The translations under genes were made by a program, and so were the position numbers. From Candidatus Moraniibacteriota bacterium (GTDB taxonomy: Bacteria; Patescibacteriota; Minisyncoccia; Moranbacterales; UBA2206), in the NCBI GenBank assembly GCA_030645735.1, contig JAUSNP010000005.1, positions 72,151 to 136,150 on the forward strand: 64,000 nt of DNA, in the 5' to 3' direction. The notes under the pieces were generated by a model. The model was not told the DNA's origin and did no database searches. It saw nothing but the letters and a program-made list of their open reading frames with translations. Positions 27,783 through 36,292 of the stretch are shown in pieces (within the stretch, counting starts at the first letter, position 1; every line of letters begins with the position of its first letter).

Positions 27783-29417
27783 TTACTCCTCAGTCACTAC
27801 TTTCGCTCCCATGATTTCCATGGCGGAGCTTAGGAGTGAATTTTGCTCGCCAGGTGTGTTGTCGGTGGCTTGTTCCTCGGGCATTTTCGGAGCTTCGACA
27901 ATTCCAGCTTCTTTATAGGTGACGATTTTCAGACGAATTTGCAACCCTAAAATTTTACCAAGAACTGACTCGACTGTCAACTTATTGGCATGATCATTCA
28001 ATTTTTCTTTGTAAAAGTCGTATGGCGTAGCTAGGGTAATTTCGTTGCCAACAACTTCAATGGCTTGCCAATTGGAAGCTAAAAGAGCCGCCAAGGAATG
28101 ATTGTGGCTTTTGATTTCAGTTAGGAGTCTTTTCCAATTGCTTTTCACTGTGTGTAGGTCGGTGTCGCCATCTGGCAAGACTTGTTCTGTGATTGGTGTT
28201 TCTTGCGGGACAACAATTTCTGCCTGCATTGGTGCGGACATTTGCGGCGTTTGAATGGTTGGTGCAGTTGCTTGCAAATTGATGTTGCTTTTGGTTTCTT
28301 GGGTTGTGTAGTTCACTGAGTTGGCTGGAAAAGTGTGAGTGGCGCGGATGATGGCAATCTCCAATGGTAACTGTGGCAACATGGAAGCGGCAATTTTGTT
28401 TTGCGCTTCAAGCAAAAGATTCAAGGTCAAGATGATGCTTGGCAATTCCGCTTTCTCAATCTGAGACACCATAGTTTTGATTTGGTCTTGCGTGGCTTCA
28501 TAGGAAAAATTGTTTTTGAGTTCGGGGTTGATTTTCAACAGCATCAATTGTCGCGTGTAATTAATCAAAGATTTAGTGAAAATTTGCAGGTCATAGCCAT
28601 TGTTCAAAAGTTCATTGATTTTGGCAATGGCACTAGTGGCATCTTTGGCCAAAATCATGCCGGCCACTTCAGCGGAAAATTTGCGATCGGTGGTGCCCAA
28701 AATTTCTTCCACTTCTTTAGCGGTGATATTTTTGTCTTCCAAGGCGATGATTTGTCCAAAAAGACTTTCAGCATCGCGCATACCACCTTCAGCTGAAATA
28801 GCAATCATCTCCAATGAATCAGCGTCGATGTTGATTTTTTCTGCCTTGGCGATCAAGGTCAATTTTTCAATGATATTTTCAATGGGCAGACGCGTGAAAT
28901 CAAAGCGCTGACAGCGTGAAAGAATAGTGGCAGGCACTTTGTGAATTTCTGTGGTGGCTAGAATGAAAATCACATGCGCTGGCGGTTCTTCCAAAGTTTT
29001 CAGTAGGGCATTGAAAGCGCCCGTGGAAAGCATGTGGACTTCATCAATAATGTAGACTTTGTATTTCAAAGCGGTCGGTGGTAAACCAATAGTTTCACGC
29101 AATTCACGAATGTTGTCCACACCCGTATTGGAAGCGGCATCAATTTCGATGATGTCGAGTGATTTGTTTTCAGCAATCATTTGGCAGTTGCGACATTTCT
29201 CGCAAGTCACCGCATCTTTGAGATCTGTGCAGTTAACTGTCTTAGCTAGAATTCTGGCGATGGAGGTTTTGCCTGTGCCGCGTGGGCCAGTGAAAAGGTA
29301 GGCTTGGCCAATGCGATTGTTTTTGATGGCATTAGAAAGAGTCTGGACAATATGTTTTTGTCCGATTATTTCCGAAAAATTTTTGGGTCGATATTTTCTA
29401 TATAAAGTCGTAGACAT
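27783..29417 (-). CDS. dnaX: DNA polymerase III subunit gamma/tau
   Basis: YRPKNFSEIIGQKHIVQTLSNAI...GPRGTGKTSIARILAK AAA+ clamp-loader; zinc-module Cys; 544 aa. Confidence 0.9.
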   Translation of the reverse strand: MSTTLYRKYRPKNFSEIIGQKHIVQTLSNAIKNNRIGQAYLFTGPRGTGKTSIARILAKTVNCTDLKDAVTCEKCRNCQMIAENKSLDIIEIDAASNTGVDNIRELRETIGLPPTALKYKVYIIDEVHMLSTGAFNALLKTLEEPPAHVIFILATTEIHKVPATILSRCQRFDFTRLPIENIIEKLTLIAKAEKINIDADSLEMIAISAEGGMRDAESLFGQIIALEDKNITAKEVEEILGTTDRKFSAEVAGMILAKDATSAIAKINELLNNGYDLQIFTKSLINYTRQLMLLKINPELKNNFSYEATQDQIKTMVSQIEKAELPSIILTLNLLLEAQNKIAASMLPQLPLEIAIIRATHTFPANSVNYTTQETKSNINLQATAPTIQTPQMSAPMQAEIVVPQETPITEQVLPDGDTDLHTVKSNWKRLLTEIKSHNHSLAALLASNWQAIEVVGNEITLATPYDFYKEKLNDHANKLTVESVLGKILGLQIRLKIVTYKEAGIVEAPKMPEEQATDNTPGEQNSLLSSAMEIMGAKVVTEE

Positions 29418-29528
29418 AGTAGTTTCTAAGGTTATGAAGCTATTATAGCATTAAAATAAATTGTCCGCCAAAACCAGTTAGAGACGCGATTAATCGCGTC
29501 TCTACAGCGTATTTATAGAAAAATTGGG

Positions 29529-29981
29529 CTATTTTTTGAACACCCAGAATTTGTAACCAACGAAGTTCCACAATAGGCCAGAAGCGCTTCCACAGATAGC
29601 ACCGATGTTGCCCCAAATGATGCCTGAAATAGCCGCGCTGGTTAGCATTGGTTTAATGAAGCTCACCACGAGGGTGGCTGCAGTGACATTGATGAAAGCA
29701 CCTACAATGCTGACACCAATGAATTGATAGAATTTCTTGTCGTTGTTTTCAGTAGATTTGTCTTGGAAGGTCCAATGCTTGTTGATGTAGTAGCTCATGA
29801 TGACCGCAGCAATGAAGGATAACGCTTTGAAAAATGCATAGGGAAGTCCAGAATTCTGTTTAGTGGTGTACATTAGGATGTTGAGGATGGTGAAATCTAC
29901 GCCGGTATTCATCACACCAACTACAAAAAATTTAGCAAATTGTTTGATGAAAGGAAAGCGTGCGAAAAAATTCTTAAACAT
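29529..29981 (-). CDS. GtrA-family membrane protein
   Basis: 150 aa; FAKFFVVGVMNTGVDFTILNIL GtrA-like N-terminus; 4 TM. Confidence 0.65.
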   Translation of the reverse strand: MFKNFFARFPFIKQFAKFFVVGVMNTGVDFTILNILMYTTKQNSGLPYAFFKALSFIAAVIMSYYINKHWTFQDKSTENNDKKFYQFIGVSIVGAFINVTAATLVVSFIKPMLTSAAISGIIWGNIGAICGSASGLLWNFVGYKFWVFKK

Positions 29982-29983
29982 AT

Positions 29984-30727
29984 TTATTCGTTTAGAGGCT
30001 TGTTAAGTTCTTTGCGAAGTTCTTCGATGTCGGGAGCCCATTCATCGATGATAGAAAAATCTTTTTTGGGTTCTTCTTGAATTGGAGTTGCTTCTGGTTC
30101 GTCGACAGTTGGTTTTTTGTCATTGATGATGTCGTCAATGTCGGTGTTTCTTTCTTGCGCTTTCATTGAAGCGAAACTGCGCATAGCACTGCCTTTCTGA
30201 ATTACATTTTCAATGGATGCCCAATCTGAATCGATGTCGCGTGGAGTCACCAAAGTCACTTCATCGCCTGGTTCAACTTTGAAATAGGTGATGGAAGCCA
30301 AAAGTACGCGATAGGGTTTGCCATTAGCGATGATGAAAAAATTGCCATCAGCATCTTGATTCACAATTCCAATTAGACGGGTTCTTTCGATGGGTCCAAT
30401 TTGTTTGTAGATGAATGATCCGTCTGGAGTGATGGTCAATTTCAACATATCACCCTCGATCAATTTTGATTTTGAAGCATAGTTGGCTGGCACGGGATAT
30501 TGCTTGTCATCAGTGCCCAACATAATTTGACCATCGAAAGTTCCTTCGATGACTCGGCCTTCTTCATCATCATCCATCTTTTTCTTGCGGCCAACTTTTT
30601 TCTTGCCTTCCAGTTGCAAAAGCATTGCCTTGGCGGATTGCAAGCTCTTTTCAGAGTTATAAATCATCTCACGCAAAGCTTGAACTTTATCAGAAATATT
30701 TTCTTGTGGATCCCTTTCTTCAGTCAT
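29984..30727 (-). CDS. Hypothetical protein (acidic termini, central beta-rich region)
   Basis: 247-aa ORF immediately upstream of the GtrA-like gene; no motif recognised. Confidence 0.45.
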   Translation of the reverse strand: MTEERDPQENISDKVQALREMIYNSEKSLQSAKAMLLQLEGKKKVGRKKKMDDDEEGRVIEGTFDGQIMLGTDDKQYPVPANYASKSKLIEGDMLKLTITPDGSFIYKQIGPIERTRLIGIVNQDADGNFFIIANGKPYRVLLASITYFKVEPGDEVTLVTPRDIDSDWASIENVIQKGSAMRSFASMKAQERNTDIDDIINDKKPTVDEPEATPIQEEPKKDFSIIDEWAPDIEELRKELNKPLNE

Positions 30728-30866
30728 TTTATTTTTTTTGATTTGTTTTTATTTTATATATAAATTATACAATCATTTTACTAGGCATGCAAGGCTTGCT
30801 CGGGTGTGGATAACATAATATAATAGAATCGTTGAGAAGATGTGGGTTTATATTTTCTAAAAAAAT

Positions 30867-31190
30867 ATGACTAATCAAAATTGTTGGGAATTCAAAAAAT
30901 GCGGACGAGAAATCGATGGCGCCAATGTTGATAAGTATGGAGTTTGTCCAGCCGCGGACAATGTTTCAGCAGATGGATTTTGCGGTGGCAAAAATGGCGG
31001 GCGCGCTTGTGTGTATATTATTGGTACGCTATGCGATGGCATTTGCCAGGTGTCACTGCGCAACAAAGAAAAAAAATGTGAAGAATGTGAATTCCACAGC
31101 CAACTCAAAAAAGAACATCCAGATGAAATGAACATTTTTGCCTATTTGGATTATGTAAACAAAGACAAGAAAAAGTTGAGTGAAAAATAG
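30867..31190 (+). CDS. Cysteine-rich small protein (9 Cys; CWEFKKCG...CEEC)
   Basis: 107 aa; Cys at 6, 11, 27, 39, 48, 56, 60, 71, 74; lysine-rich C-terminus; GTGTGGATAAC motif 50 bp upstream. Confidence 0.5.
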   Translation: MTNQNCWEFKKCGREIDGANVDKYGVCPAADNVSADGFCGGKNGGRACVYIIGTLCDGICQVSLRNKEKKCEECEFHSQLKKEHPDEMNIFAYLDYVNKDKKKLSEK

Positions 31191-31345
31191 TTTCAGCATC
31201 AGCGTTTGAGGCAGGGAATTGAACCCTGTTTTTTTGTTGACAAAGCTCATGGTTTTGCTAGGATTATCGTCAGCAGCAGTACCTTAAACTAGTTTAGCTA
31301 ATAGCTAAATATAATCTAATAAAAGTCAGAAAGGGAGATGCGGTC

Positions 31346-31879
31346 ATGACGAAATACTTGCTAGATAACTATGCATGGTCTTGTTTGGCTTTTGGCTTGA
31401 TTGCTTTTCTGTGCTTGGATGGGTGGATTACTAAATTTATTCATGCTATGAGTGAGCGGTTTCAACAGAAGTATGGTTGGGACAATATGCTGTTGGCAAA
31501 ATACTTAGCCGGAGCGCTTATGTCCATCTGGATTTTTATTGCTTTGGTGGCGACATTGTCGGATTTGCGAACGCTAGTGCTAAACATGTGTGTGGCTGGG
31601 TTGCTTAGTATCCCACCAGCCTCCCTTCTGCTTCTGGGCAAAAAGGCAAGAGGTAACTCATTATCTGCAAAAGTAATGCTTATTATTTTTAAGCAAATCC
31701 TTTGGATAGCTTTGATTGCGGTCGTCAGGATAAACTACATTGAAGAACAGCCACTGCAATGGGTTGCAATCATGGCGTTGGGAGTAATCGCCTTGATTGG
31801 TATTATCTATCTGGTTGCTCCAATCAACAAGAAATGCACGGACAATTTGCCGTGCCGTTATCCGGGAATTTCTGCTTGA
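31346..31879 (+). CDS. Hypothetical membrane protein
   Basis: 177 aa, 4-5 hydrophobic helices; SD GGGAG; GC elevated; GC-rich terminator hairpin at 31906-31950. Confidence 0.5.
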   Translation: MTKYLLDNYAWSCLAFGLIAFLCLDGWITKFIHAMSERFQQKYGWDNMLLAKYLAGALMSIWIFIALVATLSDLRTLVLNMCVAGLLSIPPASLLLLGKKARGNSLSAKVMLIIFKQILWIALIAVVRINYIEEQPLQWVAIMALGVIALIGIIYLVAPINKKCTDNLPCRYPGISA

Positions 31880-32040
31880 CCATGCTCAGGCGCGCGCCAC
31901 CCCAAAGCCCGACCTTGTTTTCACAAGAGGTTGGGCTTTTCTTATTATTTGACGCGCTGATTATTTCTTGTTATTCTGCATCAATGCCAAACTTGGCATA
32001 CAGATTGTTCTTACTAATAATTTTAGATTGAGGGGGTGAG

Positions 32041-32376
32041 ATGGCAGAGACAATAATTAGAACATTTGAAGATCTGGTCAAGCTAATTATGTTGGGCAAT
32101 CCCGATCCAGCAGCTGGAGGGCTTGTGCTATTAGATCGCCAGCTCTGGAATCAACGCTGGGTCAAGTGTTCGATTTATCTGGGCGATGATAGCCCTGATG
32201 TGCTGTTGAGCGATTCTGCTGATAAAAATATTCGCACGACTAGCGAGGGAGGAGTTGAGCTGAGGGTCAATATGCTAGTTGATCAACATAAAAAGTTAAT
32301 CGTGTATAAGGTCGAAGCAGACGGCCGACCCAGAAAGTTCATTTGGGAGATGGACTATAAAAAGAGTAGCAAATAA
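32041..32376 (+). CDS. Hypothetical protein
   Basis: 111 aa; SD GGGGGTGAG; GC elevated. Confidence 0.4.
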   Translation: MAETIIRTFEDLVKLIMLGNPDPAAGGLVLLDRQLWNQRWVKCSIYLGDDSPDVLLSDSADKNIRTTSEGGVELRVNMLVDQHKKLIVYKVEADGRPRKFIWEMDYKKSSK

Positions 32377-32663
32377 ATATTTGCTGCCACCACACGCGGG
32401 GTGCTTCTTTATGAGGCGCCCCTGTTTTTTATGTTTAAAAATAATTTTTTTAGGATTTGAAACCGAAGTGGCAATTTTTGGGTGATTGACACAAATTGCA
32501 TAGTTTTCTAAGATATAAATATCAAGAAGTAATTCAAGTTCTTTAATCCCCACTGTGGGGTTTCGCAAATGCGAAATAACAAAGCCGAAAAGGAGGCGGC
32601 GAAGTCTAGTCTAGTTTTTTTGTGAGAGGTAAAATAAAATAAATCTCAACAAAAAGCGAGGCA

Positions 32664-33110
32664 ATGATGGAACAGATTAAATTGATGAAGCATAAGCTTT
32701 TATCGGCGCTGATGGCAGCACTCGTTCTCTTGTCCGGTGGATTCGTTGCATCTGCAACCGCCGTGCCTAATGGCGTGACGGGATTGGCGACAAATGCCCT
32801 GGTGGTGATGCCCAACACCGAGAAGGGACAAATCGCGGCTACTTCACATGACGCTGGCGTCATCATGTTGCTCATGGCCAAGGCGGGTCCGGCAGATCAG
32901 GAGGGTCTCGACCAGCGGAGTCTGGGGAATGACTCCTGGGGCGACAAGGTGATGGTCAAGGACGGATCGGCGGCCGACTGGGAACATCTCGGCAAAGCGG
33001 GCGGTCAATGGGTGGCCCATGGTTCATCCCGCAGTATCTATAAGGCGATGGCAGTGCAGGTCGGCGATCAGATCAACTACAGCGGCAAGGTCGAGAGCGC
33101 CATCATCTGA
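32664..33110 (+). CDS. Secreted hypothetical protein (signal peptide) of strongly elevated GC
   Basis: Signal-like N-terminus MKHKLLSALMAALVLLSGGFVASATA; about 58% GC; GC-rich terminator (ATAGCCAGA...TCTGGCTAT+T6) at 33149-33197. Confidence 0.55.
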   Translation: MMEQIKLMKHKLLSALMAALVLLSGGFVASATAVPNGVTGLATNALVVMPNTEKGQIAATSHDAGVIMLLMAKAGPADQEGLDQRSLGNDSWGDKVMVKDGSAADWEHLGKAGGQWVAHGSSRSIYKAMAVQVGDQINYSGKVESAII

Positions 33111-33237
33111 TTCCCGGGCGAATCCCTCAACACAAGCTACACTCGTGGCAAACATAGCCAGAGCCCTCATCCGGGGGTTTCTGGCTATCTTTTTTATTTA
33201 AAGAAATTTTAGTGTTCCTAATGGAGCGCTTTTTTAT

Positions 33238-33840
33238 TTGCCCAAAGCTGGGTTTTGGAATAAAATTTTTAGTAGAATACAAAATAAAAATAATTTCAAA
33301 AACAAAAACATGGGCGAGCCTGCTTATAAAAATCTTTTGACTTACAAATATGCCGTGCTTATTTATGATATGAACAAAGAATTCATCGCACGATTTGTTT
33401 CTGGGGCAGAAAACATGAGGCAACGTCAACAGATGGACCAAGCGGCACGCTCATCCAAACAATGCATCGTCGAAGGCGCGATGCAGGGCACGAGTCTCAA
33501 GGGTTATATCAAAATGCTTGGAGTTTCGCGAGGGAGTTGGGAGGAATTGCTGGAGGATTATAAGGATATTGCCAGGCTTGGGAAAATTGAGGTTTGGAAT
33601 TCTGAGGGGTTGAGGAGGGAAAGGGGGTTCAGGGTTTTCGTGAAAGACAACGAACCTCTACCTCCTACACCTCCGCTACCTCCTGACTTCGCTGTGTCGG
33701 TCAACATTATGATTGATCTCATCACAAGGACAAACTTTCTTCTGGATCAACAAAAAAGAGCGCTAGAAGAAAAGTTTTTGAGAGAGGGTGGTTACACTGA
33801 AAATTTGTACAAAAAACGCAGAGAAACGAGAGGGTTTTAG
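33238..33840 (+). CDS. Four-helix-bundle protein (23S rRNA intervening-sequence protein family-like); real start probably MGEPAYK
   Basis: The segment YKYAVLIYDMNKEFIARFVSGAENMRQRQQMDQAARSSKQCIVEGAMQGTSLKGYIKMLGVSRGSWEELL matches the general pattern of the family; terminator at 33862-33888. Confidence 0.45.
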   Translation: MPKAGFWNKIFSRIQNKNNFKNKNMGEPAYKNLLTYKYAVLIYDMNKEFIARFVSGAENMRQRQQMDQAARSSKQCIVEGAMQGTSLKGYIKMLGVSRGSWEELLEDYKDIARLGKIEVWNSEGLRRERGFRVFVKDNEPLPPTPPLPPDFAVSVNIMIDLITRTNFLLDQQKRALEEKFLREGGYTENLYKKRRETRGF

Positions 33841-34003
33841 TTTGTAATATTGAATATCCAGCAGCCTTGTTAGGGCTGTTTTTTTGTCGCTCGACCTGTG
33901 GATAACTCGCCCTTGCCAATGTGGGTGAGTGGAGTAAAATAGGGAGGTAGGTAACTCAAGTGGTACATTGTGGGGATTCACAATTAGATACTACTGAATA
34001 AGC

Positions 34004-34047
34004 GCGAGATTGCCACGTCGTCCGCGGCGGACTCCTCGCAATGACAA
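34004..34047. repeat. Half copy (right arm) of the TGTCATTSC-TIR element family
   Basis: gagattgccacgtcgtccgcggcggactcctcgcaatgaca is about 85% identical to the right arm of copy 2 (22766-22807); no left arm detectable. Confidence 0.45.
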
Positions 34048-34052
34048 TAAAG

Positions 34053-34487
34053 ATGTTCATAGGCGAATACCAACATTTAGTTGACGAGAAAAAAAGATTG
34101 GCGGTGCCAAGCAAGTTTCGAGTCGAGTTGAAAAACAAAGTTGTGGTGACACGCGGACTTGATAAATGTTTGTTTGTCTATCCAATGAAAGCTTGGGAAG
34201 AGTTGGCCAGCAAATTGGGAACCTTGCCAGTCGGAGAAGCTGGCACCCGAAGTTTCACGCGTTTGATGTTGGCTGGAGCAGTGGATGTGGATGTGGACAA
34301 GCAAGGAAGAATTTTGATTCCAGATTATTTGAAAGAATATGCAGGACTGGCGAAAAATGTTGTGATTGCAGGACTGTATAATCGTTTAGAAATTTGGGAT
34401 GAAAAGAAATGGAACGCATACAAGAAAGGTGCTGAGAAAAATTCAGATGAGATTGCGGAACAGTTGGGCAAGTTAGGAGTATATTAG
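34053..34487 (+). CDS. mraZ: Transcriptional regulator MraZ
   Basis: MFIGEYQHLVDEKKRLAVPSKFR and a second SpoVT/AbrB-like repeat; the ORF-track start at 34041 would overlap the repeat element, so the ATG at 34053 is preferred. Confidence 0.85.
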   Translation: MFIGEYQHLVDEKKRLAVPSKFRVELKNKVVVTRGLDKCLFVYPMKAWEELASKLGTLPVGEAGTRSFTRLMLAGAVDVDVDKQGRILIPDYLKEYAGLAKNVVIAGLYNRLEIWDEKKWNAYKKGAEKNSDEIAEQLGKLGVY

Positions 34488-34488
34488 G

Positions 34489-34610
34489 AAATTCAAAATC
34501 CAAAATCTCAAATTCCAAATAAATACAAATATCAAAATCCAAAATGTTTTGAGTTTAGAAAATTGTAATTTTGAATTTATTTGGGATTTGTAATTTATAA
34601 TTTGTAATTT
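34489..34610. repeat. Palindromic array of AAAATCCAAAAT-type motifs (mraZ-rsmH spacer)
   Basis: Left half aaatccaaaat/aaatctcaaattccaaat repeats; right half the reverse-complement attttgaattt/atttgggattt units. The architecture matches the AAGTCTAA arrays with a different unit. Confidence 0.5.
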
Positions 34611-34612
34611 AG

Positions 34613-35551
34613 ATGGTTATTCATAAACCGGTTTTGTTGAAAGAAAGTATAGAACGATTAAATTTGAAATCTGAGTCCATTGCTGTGGACGCCACTCTGG
34701 GGGGAGGCGGACACAGCATTGGCATGTTAAATATAATTGGCAGAAGTGGAAAGCTCGTTGGTATCGATCAGGACACAGTGGCGGTGGAAAATTTCCGACA
34801 GAAAAATTCCGCGGACAATGTGATTTTGGTCAAAGACAATTTCGCTAATCTGAAAAATGTTTTGACAGAATTTGGTCCGCCAGCTGGCGGAGAAAAAGTA
34901 GATGCGATTCTGGCTGACCTAGGATATTCTTCCATGCAATTGGAAGACACAGGGATTGGCATGAGTTTTCTGCAAGATGCGCCATTGGACATGCGCCTTG
35001 ATCGTGATGGTAAGTTGTCTGCTAAGGCGGTAGTCAACACCTATTCACAAGGCGAGTTGAGCAGGCTTATCAAAAATTTTGGCGAAGAAAGATTTGCCAG
35101 TATCATTGCCAAGCGAATTGTGGATGCTCGCAAGAAAAAAGAAATTGAGACGACCACTGATTTGGTGGAAATCATCAACACGGCTATTCCAGAAAAATTC
35201 AAGCACGGCAAACTGCATCCAGCCACTAAAACATTTCAGGCATTGCGCATCGAAGTCAATCATGAATTGGAGGTTCTGGAAAAATTCATTCCGCAAGCAA
35301 TTGAAGCATTGAATCCGGGCGGACGATTGGCCATCATTTCATTTCATTCATTAGAAGACAGAATAGTTAAGGATATATTTCGGACACATGCTAGGGGATG
35401 CATCTGTCCAGCTGATTTTCCGATTTGCCAATGTGGCCAAATGGCGAAGGTCAAAATCATCACTAAAAAACCAGTTGAGCCAAGCGTTGAGGAGATTGCA
35501 GAAAATCCGAGATCACGCAGTGCCAAACTGAGAGTTTGTGAGAAGTTATAA
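34613..35551 (+). CDS. rsmH: 16S rRNA (cytosine1402-N4)-methyltransferase
   Basis: HKPVLLKESIERL...DATLGGGGHS; MraW family; 312 aa. Confidence 0.9.
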   Translation: MVIHKPVLLKESIERLNLKSESIAVDATLGGGGHSIGMLNIIGRSGKLVGIDQDTVAVENFRQKNSADNVILVKDNFANLKNVLTEFGPPAGGEKVDAILADLGYSSMQLEDTGIGMSFLQDAPLDMRLDRDGKLSAKAVVNTYSQGELSRLIKNFGEERFASIIAKRIVDARKKKEIETTTDLVEIINTAIPEKFKHGKLHPATKTFQALRIEVNHELEVLEKFIPQAIEALNPGGRLAIISFHSLEDRIVKDIFRTHARGCICPADFPICQCGQMAKVKIITKKPVEPSVEEIAENPRSRSAKLRVCEKL

Positions 35552-35665
35552 TCCCAGTTAAATAGCCAGCTACGCTGGCCTGTCCACTACGGAGACAGAA
35601 TTTAACGGGATAAAAAACAAACATAAATATAAACAAACAATTTATTGTCAGGGGGCTGAAAATAA

Positions 35666-36094
35666 ATGTCGCGAGTTTTGATTCTAAACAAATCTGCATC
35701 GAGCTTGAAGAACGCTCGCTTGCAACGAAATTCGACCTATAGCAATGGCGCCTTTTGCGCTGTGCGCAGGAGCTTTTCGGAAAAGAGGAAATCTTTCAGT
35801 GCTGGCAGTGCCAATTTGAATTTGGTGTCTTTGGTTTTTGTGATGGTGTTCTGTGTTTGCATCGGTGGTGCGGCCTATCTCTATCAAGTGAATGATATCG
35901 CCACTAAGGGCTATGAAATTCGTGATTTGGAAAATCAGATTCAAGATTTGAGCAAGGAAAGCAAAAAGATGGAAATTCGGGAAGTGGAATTGCGCTCGAT
36001 GTATAATATTGAAAAAGCTTCACAAGACTTGAATCTAGTTAACTCAAATGATGTGACATATGTAGAAATCGACGGGCCAGTAGCTATGCGATAA
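35666..36094 (+). CDS. ftsL: Cell-division protein FtsL-like (single TM plus coiled coil)
   Basis: Sits between rsmH and ftsI; TM segment LVSLVFVMVFCVCIGGAAYL followed by a coiled coil. Confidence 0.55.
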   Translation: MSRVLILNKSASSLKNARLQRNSTYSNGAFCAVRRSFSEKRKSFSAGSANLNLVSLVFVMVFCVCIGGAAYLYQVNDIATKGYEIRDLENQIQDLSKESKKMEIREVELRSMYNIEKASQDLNLVNSNDVTYVEIDGPVAMR

Positions 36095-36096
36095 TG

Positions 36097-36283
36097 GAGC
36101 TAGATTTCTTATCTCACCGCTTATTTTAAAAACTTCTATATTGCTTGCCTGCTAAAATTTTCTAATTTTGGCTGCAAACCCTTCAAAGCTCGTCAGGTTA
36201 TCTCTATAGCCTTCCTCACTTTTCATGGTTTTCGCTCAAAATTATAAAATTCTATCTAGGCATGAGATAAGAAATCTAGCTCT
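36097..36283. mobile_element. 187-bp element with perfect 21-bp terminal inverted repeats filling the ftsL-ftsI spacer
   Basis: ggagctagatttcttatctca (36097-36117) versus tgagataagaaatctagctct (36263-36283); no ORF inside. Confidence 0.6.
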
Positions 36284-36292
36284 CGCATCTTT

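Noticed and set aside
34041-34052. ORF-track starts of mraZ (34041) and mnmA (56725)
   Set aside because: Both would begin inside copies of the TGTCATTSC repeat element. The downstream ATGs (34053 and 56773) give N-termini matching the protein families.
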